Source of the DNA: a bacterium
GTDB taxonomy: Bacteria > JACRDZ01 > JAQUKH01
Direction of reading: 5' to 3'
DNA: 41,973 nt
Assembly (NCBI GenBank): GCA_028719205.1
Contig: JAQUKH010000025.1
Location: 1-41,973, forward strand
Position 1 is the first letter of the stretch, and each line of letters starts with the position of its first letter. Under the pieces are notes generated by a model, which made no database searches, was not told the DNA's origin, and saw nothing but the letters and a program-made list of their open reading frames with translations. The translations under genes and the position numbers were made by a program. Of the stretch, positions 30,068 to 39,282 are shown piece by piece.

Positions 30068-31590
30068 GCGATAAAATAAATGTTGAAGAATTAAAAAGAG
30101 GCGGAGTTGTAAAGTTAAAAGAAAAAGGGTTATTTTCTGTCTGGGTTAAAACTTATTGCGCTAATCTTAATTCAAAGCAATTAAAAAAAGTTGCGGAATT
30201 GAGCGAAAAATACGGGCGCGGCATTATCCTGTTTTCTACACGGCAGATTCCGATCATTCCTTTTGTAAAGCTTGAGGATATTGATGCCATAAAAAGAGAG
30301 CTGAAAAAAGTTGAGGTAGGCCTTGACAGGTGCGGGCCGAGGATCCGGAACATAAATGTCTGCTATGAAGATAGTATCTGCAAAGACGCTATAAGTAATT
30401 CTTTGCTTTTAGGTGAAAAGCTGGAAAAATATTTTGATGACCCGATACTTCATAAAACAAAAATTGGTATTTCCGGATGTTCCAGAGACTGTATTGCCGC
30501 AAGGGTTTTAAATGATCTATGTTTTATCAGCGTGGGGAAGAACGGCCTTTATGACGCGTATCTGGGCGGCAAGCTTGGATTAAAACCATTTATCGGTTTA
30601 AAAATGGCCGGGCCGATTTCGGAGGATAATTGTATTAAATTTGTTGATAATTATTTTAATTTAATGAAGAGAGAAGGGAAAGACAAGGAACGCTCAGCGG
30701 ATATAATAAACAGGCTTGGCAAAGAGGCAGTTCAAAAAGACGTTTTAAAGGACCTTGATAAAATTGATATTTCAAAAATAAAATGTTCAACGCATGTTGA
30801 GGATAAACAATTTGATAAAGTAATTCTGAAAATTAAGGCAACCTGCGGTGAGCTTACAGCAAAACAGGTTAAAAATATATCAGATGTGGCAGAAAAATAC
30901 GGAAATGGATTTATACATTTTACGATCTATGGTTCGCCGGAAGTACCGGGTATAGACAAAAACAATATTGAAAAGATAAGGCTGGAACTTTTAAAGGAAA
31001 ATGTGGAGATACTTGATAAGGGTATTGATAATATACAGACATGTTTTGGGGGGTATTGTGTTAAAGGAGTATTTGATACTCAGTCTTTGTTAAAAAAAGT
31101 AGATAGATCAATTGGAGAATCCGGTTTAAAAAATCAGGATATAAAAATATCCGCGTCCGGCTGCCCCAGTTCCTGCGGGATTTCATACCTTTCCGATATC
31201 GGATTTTTAGGGGTAGTTGAACCTGTGATAGATGAGGGTAAATGCAGCGGATGTGGTATTTGCGAAAAAAACTGCAAGGTTAAGGCAATAAAGATCATTA
31301 ATAAAATAGCCTTTGTTGATAAAACAAAATGCAGTTATTGCGGAGAATGTATCAAAAGCTGCCCTGTTGATGCTGTCCAGGCAAAAAGAGCGGGAATAAA
31401 AATGCTGGCTGGCGGGGCTTACGGCAAAGAAACAGCATTAGCGGAGCCTATCGCTGAGTTTTTATCCGAAGAGAAGGCATTAAACATTACAAAAAATTGT
31501 TTACAAATAATAAAAGAAAGAAATATCAAATTAAGAACAATAATTAACGAAGTAGGGCTCGATAAGTTTAAAAAAATGGTTTTAAAATAG
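30064..31590 (+). CDS. Sulfite/nitrite reductase-like siroheme protein with two modules and a 2x[4Fe-4S] ferredoxin insert
   Basis: Module 1 CYEDSIC...SGCSRDC; module 2 CFGGYC...SGCPSSC; two CxxCxxCxxxC motifs; repeated AE..EKYG.G half-domain. Confidence 0.85.
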   Translation: MSDKINVEELKRGGVVKLKEKGLFSVWVKTYCANLNSKQLKKVAELSEKYGRGIILFSTRQIPIIPFVKLEDIDAIKRELKKVEVGLDRCGPRIRNINVCYEDSICKDAISNSLLLGEKLEKYFDDPILHKTKIGISGCSRDCIAARVLNDLCFISVGKNGLYDAYLGGKLGLKPFIGLKMAGPISEDNCIKFVDNYFNLMKREGKDKERSADIINRLGKEAVQKDVLKDLDKIDISKIKCSTHVEDKQFDKVILKIKATCGELTAKQVKNISDVAEKYGNGFIHFTIYGSPEVPGIDKNNIEKIRLELLKENVEILDKGIDNIQTCFGGYCVKGVFDTQSLLKKVDRSIGESGLKNQDIKISASGCPSSCGISYLSDIGFLGVVEPVIDEGKCSGCGICEKNCKVKAIKIINKIAFVDKTKCSYCGECIKSCPVDAVQAKRAGIKMLAGGAYGKETALAEPIAEFLSEEKALNITKNCLQIIKERNIKLRTIINEVGLDKFKKMVLK

Positions 31591-31599
31591 GAGAATTTT

Positions 31600-32061
31600 A
31601 TGGCTGTAAAATTGATAGTCAGCGGAAAACCGGAAGACTTTGAAAGTGAATTGACCATATTGGAATTTTTAAATAAAAAAAATATTTGGGTTGATATGGT
31701 TACTGTTGAGGTTAATGATAAGATCATTCCGAAGCAGGATTATCAAAAGGTGTCCTTAAAGGAAAACGACAGGGTAGAAACAGTGTTTTATATGGGCGGC
31801 GGCATGGTTGATATTAAAATTAATGAAAAACTTGATATCCGCGGGGTGCTTTGTCCCATGAATTTTGTTAAGACGGTTTTAAAGCTGGAACAAATGCAGG
31901 ATGAAGAAATATTAGAGGTTTTACTCGATGACGGTGATCCGATCGCGAATGTACCGCGGAGTGTGAAGGAAGAAGGTCATGAGATCGTGGCAGTTGATAA
32001 AATGGAGAATGGATTCAGGCTATTAATTAGAAAGAAACTCCCCCTTGATCCCCCTCTTTAA
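31600..32061 (+). CDS. ThiS-like sulfur carrier fused to a TusA/SirA-like domain
   Basis: ...NDRVETVFYMGGG (aa 66-68) followed with no stop by LDIRGVLCPMN. Confidence 0.88.
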   Translation: MAVKLIVSGKPEDFESELTILEFLNKKNIWVDMVTVEVNDKIIPKQDYQKVSLKENDRVETVFYMGGGMVDIKINEKLDIRGVLCPMNFVKTVLKLEQMQDEEILEVLLDDGDPIANVPRSVKEEGHEIVAVDKMENGFRLLIRKKLPLDPPL

Positions 32062-32084
32062 TTAAAGAGGGGGGTGGGGGAGTT
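32036..32084. repeat. GC-rich palindromic element
   Basis: AACTCCCCC..CCCCCTCTTT-AATT-AAAGAGGGGG..GGGGGAGTT. Confidence 0.8.
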
Positions 32085-32097
32085 AAAGGAGTTTAAT

Positions 32098-33321
32098 ATG
32101 TCTTTTGTAAAAGGATTGAAATGCAGAGAATGCGGAAGGTTGTTTCCGAAAGAGCCGCTTTATGTTTGCGAGTATTGTTTCGGGCCGTTGGAATTGGATT
32201 ATGATTATCCGCTGATAAAGAAAAAACTTAATAAAGAAGTAATCGAGTCGCGCGCGAAAAATCTTTGGAGATATAAAGAATTACTGCCTGTTGACGGAAA
32301 CCCGATAGTCGGGCTTGATTCAGGTTTTACGCCTCTGGTAAAGGCTCATAATCTTGCAAAAAGATTAGGAGTGAAGGAATTATATATTAAAGATGATTCG
32401 GTATGCCATCCAACATTATCTTTTAAAGACAGAGTAGTATCGGTCGCGATCACAAAGGCTAAGGAATTTGGTTTTGATACTGTCGCATGCGCTTCCACGG
32501 GTAATCTGGCGAATTCGGTTTCGGCGCAGGCCGCGAAAGCGGGAATGAAATGTTTTGTTTTTATCCCGTCTGACCTTGAGGCCGGAAAAGTGATAGCCTC
32601 GCTTATTTACGCGCCTAAGGTCATATCGGTAGAAGGCAATTATGATGAGGTCAACCGCCTTTGCACGGAAATAGCGGCTAAATATAAATGGGCGTTTGTT
32701 AATATTAATATAAGGCCGTATTACGCGGAAGGGTCGAAAACATTCGCGTACGAAATTGCGGAACAGCTGGGTTGGAAAGCTCCTAAGCATATTATTTCGC
32801 CCGCGGCAGGAGGTTCGTTAATAACGAAAATTTATAAGGGCCTGCATGAATTAAAAAAACTGGATTTAATTAATGATGTTCCTACAAAAATTTACGCTGC
32901 CCAGGCAAAAGGCTGCGCGCCGATCGTAAACGCGATAAAAGAAGGAAGTGAAATTATAAAGCCGGTAAAGCCGGATACGATAGCCAAATCACTGGCGATC
33001 GGTAATCCAGCGGACGGTTATTACGCGTATAAAACAGTTATTGAAAGCGGCGGTTTCGCGGATGACGCGACGGATGAAGAAATAGTTGAGGGAATAAAAT
33101 TACTTGCTTCGACGGAAGGGATATTCACGGAGACCGCGGGCGGAGTTACAGTCGCTGTAACTAAAAAATTAATTGAATCAGGCAGGATCCCGAAGGATGA
33201 GTCAATTGTAATTTCGATCACAGGGAACGGATTAAAAACACAGGAGGCGGTTTTAGGCAAAGCGGGGAATGTTTTCAGGATAAAACCGGATATTGATTCT
33301 TTTGAAAAAACGTTATATTAA
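32098..33321 (+). CDS. Threonine synthase-like PLP enzyme
   Basis: N-terminal CxxC...CxxC, PTLSFKDR (PLP Lys), ASTGN, ITGNGLK; ATG at 32098 after AAGGAG; substrate uncertain. Confidence 0.9.
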   Translation: MSFVKGLKCRECGRLFPKEPLYVCEYCFGPLELDYDYPLIKKKLNKEVIESRAKNLWRYKELLPVDGNPIVGLDSGFTPLVKAHNLAKRLGVKELYIKDDSVCHPTLSFKDRVVSVAITKAKEFGFDTVACASTGNLANSVSAQAAKAGMKCFVFIPSDLEAGKVIASLIYAPKVISVEGNYDEVNRLCTEIAAKYKWAFVNINIRPYYAEGSKTFAYEIAEQLGWKAPKHIISPAAGGSLITKIYKGLHELKKLDLINDVPTKIYAAQAKGCAPIVNAIKEGSEIIKPVKPDTIAKSLAIGNPADGYYAYKTVIESGGFADDATDEEIVEGIKLLASTEGIFTETAGGVTVAVTKKLIESGRIPKDESIVISITGNGLKTQEAVLGKAGNVFRIKPDIDSFEKTLY

Positions 33322-33327
33322 GGAGAT

Positions 33328-34431
33328 ATGATGAGTATAAAAATAAGAGTTCCAACCCCATTGCAGGTTTTAACTAAAAATCAGTCAGAAATAGAAAGTG
33401 CCGGAGAAGATATTAAAGGCCTGATCGATAATCTTGAAACGCAATATCCGGGTATTAAGCAGAGATTATGTGATGAAAGCGGTAAAATTAGAAGGTTTAT
33501 AAACTTTTTTGTGAATGAGCAGGATATCAGATTTTTGCAGGGCGACAGGACAAAATTAAATGACGGTGATATAGTCTCTATCATTCCGGCGATCGCAGGC
33601 GGCGAACATCAAAACAAAAGAGTAAAAGAATTAACAGATTCACAGATCGAAAGATACAGCAGACAGATAATTTTACCCGAGGTGGGCGGCGCCGGCCAAT
33701 TGAAATTACTTTCCGCGAAGGTTTTAATAATCGGGTGTGGAGGATTAGGTTCTCCCTGCGCATATTATCTGGCAAGCGCGGGTATCGGGAAAATTGGCCT
33801 TGTTGACGGCGATAAGGTTGAATTAAATAATCTTCAGCGCCAGATCATTCATTTTACAAAAGATGTGGGAAAGCTAAAGGTAGAGTCCGCTAAAGAAAAA
33901 TTAAAGGCAATTAATCCGGACATTGATGTGGTTACCTATCCTTTGAGGGTCAATTCACAAAACATTCTGGATATAATAAAAGATTATGATATCGTTGTTG
34001 ATGGAAGCGATAATTTCCCGACACGATATTTAGTTAACGATGCCTGTATAATGGCTAAAAAACCGTTTTCACACGCCGGAATTTTAAGGTTTGAAGGACA
34101 GGCTATCACGATAATCCCTAATGAAGGGCCTTGCTACCGCTGTCTTTTTCCGGATCCTCCTCCTCCGGGTATGGTGCCTTCCTGTTCACAGGCAGGAATT
34201 TTGGGCGGGGTCGCCGGTATTTTAGGAGAGATCCAGGCTACAGAGGTTTTAAAATTCATTTTAGGGAAAGGTGAATTATTGCTCGGCAAACTTCTTGTAT
34301 TCAATGCCCTGAAGATGGATTTCAGAAAACTGAATATTCAAAGAAATCCCGGTTGTCCGATTTGCGGAAATAAACCTACCATAACTGAGTTGATAGATTA
34401 TGAATTATTCTGCAGCGCGAGAAAAGAGTAA
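33328..34431 (+). CDS. CysO/MoaD-like ubiquitin-fold carrier fused to a MoeB/ThiF E1-like adenylyltransferase
   Basis: ...VSIIPAIAGG (aa 91-92) then RYSRQ, GCGGLG, NLQRQ, CYRC...CPIC; no stop or internal ATG at the junction. Confidence 0.92.
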   Translation: MMSIKIRVPTPLQVLTKNQSEIESAGEDIKGLIDNLETQYPGIKQRLCDESGKIRRFINFFVNEQDIRFLQGDRTKLNDGDIVSIIPAIAGGEHQNKRVKELTDSQIERYSRQIILPEVGGAGQLKLLSAKVLIIGCGGLGSPCAYYLASAGIGKIGLVDGDKVELNNLQRQIIHFTKDVGKLKVESAKEKLKAINPDIDVVTYPLRVNSQNILDIIKDYDIVVDGSDNFPTRYLVNDACIMAKKPFSHAGILRFEGQAITIIPNEGPCYRCLFPDPPPPGMVPSCSQAGILGGVAGILGEIQATEVLKFILGKGELLLGKLLVFNALKMDFRKLNIQRNPGCPICGNKPTITELIDYELFCSARKE

Positions 34432-34468
34432 AAACGTTAATATATATGTTTAAAATAGGGAGGAAGTT

Positions 34469-34723
34469 ATGTCTGAGAAAAAAATGTCGAAGAAAATAGT
34501 CAAATTAGTGTTTCCTCAGAAATTAATTAAAGAGCCTGTTACATACCTGATGGCAATAAAATATGGTATTATTCCCAATATACGCAGGGCAAAGGTTACA
34601 GAGACCGTCGGAGAACTGATTCTTGAGTTGGAAGGAGAAGCAAAGAATATAGAAAAAGGGGTAAAATATCTGCTTGAGTCAGGTGTGGATGTTGAACCTA
34701 TTGAGGGAGATATTGTAGATTAA
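34469..34723 (+). CDS. Stand-alone NIL domain protein
   Basis: L.FP..LI.EPV...PNIRRA.V....GELILEL.G pattern. Confidence 0.8.
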   Translation: MSEKKMSKKIVKLVFPQKLIKEPVTYLMAIKYGIIPNIRRAKVTETVGELILELEGEAKNIEKGVKYLLESGVDVEPIEGDIVD

Positions 34724-34732
34724 AAAAAGATA

Positions 34733-34761
34733 TTTACATTGATCCGCGGTTTTATTATAAT
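34733..34761 (+). promoter_or_regulatory. Putative sigma70 promoter
   Basis: TTTACA-17nt-TATAAT. Confidence 0.6.
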
Positions 34762-34772
34762 GAACATCTATT

Positions 34773-35561
34773 ATGAGAAATAAAACTGTAAATCTTTTTT
34801 TAATATTTTTGCTGGTTTTTACCTTTAAGTTGTTCGCGGAGGAAAAAGAAAATAAGTTACTGGAGGTAATTTCTCCTCCGCCCGCGCGTTCGGCGATGAT
34901 ATTAATCCCCGCGGGTGAATTTGTAATGGGATATGATAGCGGGAATTCAGATGAAAATCCGGTACATAAAGTCAATTTAAGCGCGTATTATATAGATAAA
35001 TATGAGGTTAACAACAGGGAATATCAGAAATTTGTAAGAGAAACTGATTATCCTCCTCCTGAGATCTGGAACAGTAAAGAATATAAAATTTTTAGTAAGC
35101 CGGATAAACCTGTAGTAGGTGTTAGCTGGGAAGACGCGTATAATTACGCTTCATGGGCGGGGAAAAGGCTTCCTACGGAAGCTGAGTGGGAAAAGGCGTG
35201 CAGAGGAGACAGCAGTTTATTGTATCCGTGGGGAGATAAAAAACCCGACAAGAGTTTAGGCAATTTCTGCAGTGACAAAACGGAAGACGTGAAATCTTTT
35301 CCTGAAGGTGTAAGCCCTTACGGCGTTTACAATATGCTTGGGAATGTATGGGAATGGTGTAATGACTGGTATGATGAAAATTATTACAAAGACTCTGTTT
35401 ATCAAAATCCATCCGGCCCCAAAATTACCGGCCGCCGCGTTTTGCGCGGAGGTTCCTTCTTATGTTCATTGGACATTTTACGCGCGACACTTCGAGGATA
35501 TGCCGATCCAAAAGATAAAACCATTTATTGCGGTTTTCGCTGCGCGAAAGATGTAAAATAA
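34773..35561 (+). CDS. Exported FGE-sulfatase (SUMF1-like) domain protein
   Basis: Signal peptide; RLPTEAEWEKA, GNVWEW, RGGS, GFRC; lacks the second catalytic Cys of true FGE. Confidence 0.9.
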   Translation: MRNKTVNLFLIFLLVFTFKLFAEEKENKLLEVISPPPARSAMILIPAGEFVMGYDSGNSDENPVHKVNLSAYYIDKYEVNNREYQKFVRETDYPPPEIWNSKEYKIFSKPDKPVVGVSWEDAYNYASWAGKRLPTEAEWEKACRGDSSLLYPWGDKKPDKSLGNFCSDKTEDVKSFPEGVSPYGVYNMLGNVWEWCNDWYDENYYKDSVYQNPSGPKITGRRVLRGGSFLCSLDILRATLRGYADPKDKTIYCGFRCAKDVK

Positions 35562-35594
35562 AAAATTGGTTTCCTGATCCTAAAATGGTTTTAT

Positions 35595-38500
35595 ATGTCT
35601 GACGTGTTTAAGGATTTTCTTGATAAGCTGAGTTTGCTTCAAAATGTTTCTGAGAGGAAAGAATTAAATATCAGCGGGTTTTACGGAAGTTCGCCTGCTT
35701 ACTTTTTTTCTCTTATGGGGCGGAGCCTGCCCTCCGGTTTTAAAAAACCTGTCGTTTTTATTTTTTCCCAGCCGGAAGAAGCTGAAAATTTTTATCTGGA
35801 TCTTCTTACTTTTTATGAAAAGGATAAAATATTATTTTTCCCCGATTGGGAAATCCTGCCTTTTGAGGATTTGCCTGTGCATCCGGATATTATCAGCGAC
35901 CGTGTTTCCGCTCTTTCAAAAATTTTGGACAATAAAACCTATTTTTTAGTTACAAGCGTACCGGCGATTTTTTCCAAAACACTTTCTTTTGACGGCCTGG
36001 TCAGCAAAATTAAACATATCAAAGAAAAATCCCAATTAAATTTTGATCAGTTCCTTGCCTTTTTAACTGCAGCGGGTTATGAAAGAGAAAATCTGGTTGA
36101 AAAAAGAGGTCAGTGGAGTGTTCGTGGAGGAATAGTGGATTTTTTCCCGCCGGGAAAAGACTCCCCTGTCCGTATTGAATTTCTGGGAGATCTTATAGAA
36201 AGCATAAGGGAATTTGATTCAGATACGCAAAAAACAGCAAAGAGGATCCTGGATATCACTGTTTTACCCGTTAATGAGCTTATGGAAGATGGGGAGGCTT
36301 CTGACTTGTTTTCTTATTTATCAGGGGAAACCATTTTTTATTTTGCTGATAATAGAAAGATCAAAGAGAAGCTTTTGGAATTTGAAGAGTTGATCAGAGA
36401 AGGCGAAAAAAATGCCGCGAATTCAGAAAGGAAGAATTATCTATCACTGAATGAATTAGAAAATAAACTGGAAAATTTTTCCAAAATAATATTCCAGCCT
36501 CTGGCGGAAAAAAATAATGATATTTTTTGTTTTGATTTTATGCCGTTAGAGCCGTTTTTAGGTAAGGTGGATGATCTTGAAAACAAGCTGCAAAGGTGGC
36601 ATAGAAATCAATATAAAGTGGATATATTTTGTGATAATGAAGGCCAGAAAGAAAGATTAAGGGAACTATTAAGCAGTGACCTTTCGGGTTCGGGTTTTAT
36701 AAATATCAAGATCGGGAGAATAGCCCGCGGATTTAAGTCGGATTTTTTGCGGCAGGTAGTTTTTAGCGAGGATGAGATCTTTGGCAGGTATCGCCGGAGG
36801 GCAAGATATTCAGAAAAAAAATCCATGCCTTTTTCTACCGACCTTTCTGATTTGAAAATAAGCGATTATGTTGTTCATAATAACCATGGTATTGGGATTT
36901 ATGAAGGATTAAATCGTTTAACAATTGACGGCCGTGAGTCAGATTATGTGACTATTACCTACGAAGGGAATGATAAGCTTTACCTGCCGGTTGATCAGAT
37001 CGGGCTTGTAAAAAAATATATAGGTTCGGAGGGAAGCATCCCTGACTTATCAAAATTGGGCGGGCAGAATTGGGAAAAGACAAAAAAGAAAGTAAAAGAA
37101 AAAATAGCCACGCTGGCAATTGAACTTTTGGAGATCTATACCCTCAGGCAGAACATGGAAGGTTTTGCCTTTGCGGGTGATTCAGAATGGCAGAGGGAAT
37201 TTGAGGCGTCGTTTATTTATGAAGAGACAAAAGATCAGTTAACGGCGATCGAGGACATCAAACGCGATATGGAAGATAAAAAGCCTATGGACCGTCTTCT
37301 ATGCGGAGATGTGGGTTATGGTAAAACAGAAGTGGCGATGCGGGCGGCATTTAAGGCTGTAATGGATAATAAACAGGTTGCGGTCTTAGTTCCGACTACG
37401 CTTCTCGCGGAACAGCATTTTAATACTTTCAGGGAGCGAATGGCGGATTATCCCGTGAAAATTGAAATGTTAAGCAGGTTTCGTTCAGCTTCGGAACAGA
37501 AACTTATAATAGAAATGCTGAAAAAGGGAGAAGTAAACATCATTATAGGTACTCATCGCCTGATCCAGAAAGACATTGAGTTTAAAGACCTGGGCCTCGT
37601 TATTATTGATGAAGAACACCGCTTCGGAGTGAAACATAAAGAGCAGCTTAAAAAATTAAGAAAAAATGTGGATATTCTGGCTATGACCGCGACACCGATT
37701 CCCAGGACCCTGCATCTTTCCCTGTCATCAACGAGGGATATAAGTTTGATAAATACTCCTCCTGAAGGCAGGTTCCCGGTAAAAACTTTTGTTGAGCCGT
37801 ATAACGTGAAAATTATATCCATGGCCATAAGAAGGGAGTTAAACCGGCAGGGACAGATATTTTTTGTTCATAACTGTATTGAAGACCTGGAAGGAATTTC
37901 AGAAAAAATAAAGGAATTATGCCCTGCAATTAAAATAGGGACAGCGCATGGCCAGATGAATGAAAATGAATTGGAAAAGGTAATGGTCAAATATTTAAAC
38001 CATGAATGTGACCTCTTGCTTTCCACAACCATCATTGAATCAGGGCTTGATATCTCAAACGCGAATACAATTATTATAGACCACGCTGAAGATTTTGGCC
38101 TCGCGCAGCTTTATCAGTTAAGGGGGCGTGTCGGAAGATCTCATCATCAGGCGTATTGCTATCTTTTTTTTGACGCGGATAAAAAGATCTCCGAAGAGGC
38201 GGAGAAAAGGCTGCAGGCCATTTTTGATTTTACCGAGTTAGGGTCGGGTTTTAAGATCGCGATGAAGGATCTTGAGATACGTGGCGCGGGTAATCTTCTT
38301 GGTTCGCAGCAGCATGGCCATATTTCAGAGATAGGTTTTGAATTGTATTGCGAACTCTTAAAAGAGAGCGTTGAGGAACTGAAAGGGAATAAGATCGAAG
38401 AGGCGGAAATTACAGAAGTAAATCTGAAAATTCCCGCGTATTTTTCAGAAAATTACATTCCTGATGAGCATCAGAAGCTGATCTTATATCAGAGATTAGC

Positions 38501-38861
38501 GTTATGCGGCAGTGAAGAAGAATGGAGATCGATAAAAAATGAGCTGGAAGACCGTTTTGGAACGATTCCAAAGGAGGGTGAAAATCTTCTTTCAATAATC
38601 CGGATAAAAATACTAATGCGGGAGGCCGGAATAATTTATACAGGAGAAAAACCGAAGGGATTGATCCTTAGATTCAGTTCAAAGTTTAAATTTTTATTGA
38701 AAGAAGTTTCTGATATTTTCGCGAACTCAATATGGAAAAAAAATATTGAGGTCTTATCTTCTGAACCGATCGTTTTAGAACTGAAAACAGATATCCCTAA
38801 TGGGAAAGAAAGACTTGATATCCTGGAGAAAATTCTGATATTTTTGATGAAAAAATTGTGA
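35595..38861 (+). CDS. mfd: Transcription-repair coupling factor
   Basis: VRGGIVD, CarD-like HGIG, GDVGYGKT, DEEH, QLRGRVGR, DLEIRGAGN. Confidence 0.99.
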   Translation: MSDVFKDFLDKLSLLQNVSERKELNISGFYGSSPAYFFSLMGRSLPSGFKKPVVFIFSQPEEAENFYLDLLTFYEKDKILFFPDWEILPFEDLPVHPDIISDRVSALSKILDNKTYFLVTSVPAIFSKTLSFDGLVSKIKHIKEKSQLNFDQFLAFLTAAGYERENLVEKRGQWSVRGGIVDFFPPGKDSPVRIEFLGDLIESIREFDSDTQKTAKRILDITVLPVNELMEDGEASDLFSYLSGETIFYFADNRKIKEKLLEFEELIREGEKNAANSERKNYLSLNELENKLENFSKIIFQPLAEKNNDIFCFDFMPLEPFLGKVDDLENKLQRWHRNQYKVDIFCDNEGQKERLRELLSSDLSGSGFINIKIGRIARGFKSDFLRQVVFSEDEIFGRYRRRARYSEKKSMPFSTDLSDLKISDYVVHNNHGIGIYEGLNRLTIDGRESDYVTITYEGNDKLYLPVDQIGLVKKYIGSEGSIPDLSKLGGQNWEKTKKKVKEKIATLAIELLEIYTLRQNMEGFAFAGDSEWQREFEASFIYEETKDQLTAIEDIKRDMEDKKPMDRLLCGDVGYGKTEVAMRAAFKAVMDNKQVAVLVPTTLLAEQHFNTFRERMADYPVKIEMLSRFRSASEQKLIIEMLKKGEVNIIIGTHRLIQKDIEFKDLGLVIIDEEHRFGVKHKEQLKKLRKNVDILAMTATPIPRTLHLSLSSTRDISLINTPPEGRFPVKTFVEPYNVKIISMAIRRELNRQGQIFFVHNCIEDLEGISEKIKELCPAIKIGTAHGQMNENELEKVMVKYLNHECDLLLSTTIIESGLDISNANTIIIDHAEDFGLAQLYQLRGRVGRSHHQAYCYLFFDADKKISEEAEKRLQAIFDFTELGSGFKIAMKDLEIRGAGNLLGSQQHGHISEIGFELYCELLKESVEELKGNKIEEAEITEVNLKIPAYFSENYIPDEHQKLILYQRLALCGSEEEWRSIKNELEDRFGTIPKEGENLLSIIRIKILMREAGIIYTGEKPKGLILRFSSKFKFLLKEVSDIFANSIWKKNIEVLSSEPIVLELKTDIPNGKERLDILEKILIFLMKKL

Positions 38862-38878
38862 TACAATATTAAATTATT

Positions 38879-39262
38879 ATGAATCAGGAAGAAAAAAAGA
38901 AAAACAGAAAATTATTTATACTTTGGCTGATCTTATTTTTAATTGTATTTCTGGCGTTTAAATTTCATATAGATAAAAAAATAACGGCTTCCATGGTTAT
39001 TCTATACGGGTTGATTACGCCTGTGTTTTATGGTATTATTTCAGTGCTTGGTGTGTGGTTAGCCGCGGTGCCATGGATAGGGCCTATTATAATTAAAATA
39101 ATAAGTATTCCTGTTTTTTGGATTTTACATGGTGCCGCGTATTTGGGTTCTCTGATTTTTGTGGCAAAGGGGGAATCTAAAAAGGCTATTGATGCCAGAG
39201 TAATTACTTTAGTTTTTCTTAGCGGGTTTCTTTTGGGATATATTATCAGTAAAATATTCTGA
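38879..39262 (+). CDS. Hypothetical membrane protein
   Basis: Three to four hydrophobic segments. Confidence 0.75.
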   Translation: MNQEEKKKNRKLFILWLILFLIVFLAFKFHIDKKITASMVILYGLITPVFYGIISVLGVWLAAVPWIGPIIIKIISIPVFWILHGAAYLGSLIFVAKGESKKAIDARVITLVFLSGFLLGYIISKIF

Positions 39263-39282
39263 TTAATAAAAATGGAGGAAAA

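Noticed and set aside
27676-31590. Dissimilatory sulfate reduction
   Set aside because: CysH-type APS reductase and no aprAB, qmo, dsrC or dsrMK in the window; context is assimilatory
34773-35561. FGE-domain gene as part of the sulfur operon or as a DGR target
   Set aside because: It has its own putative promoter and a signal peptide and lacks the FGE Cys pair; no reverse transcriptase or template repeat seen
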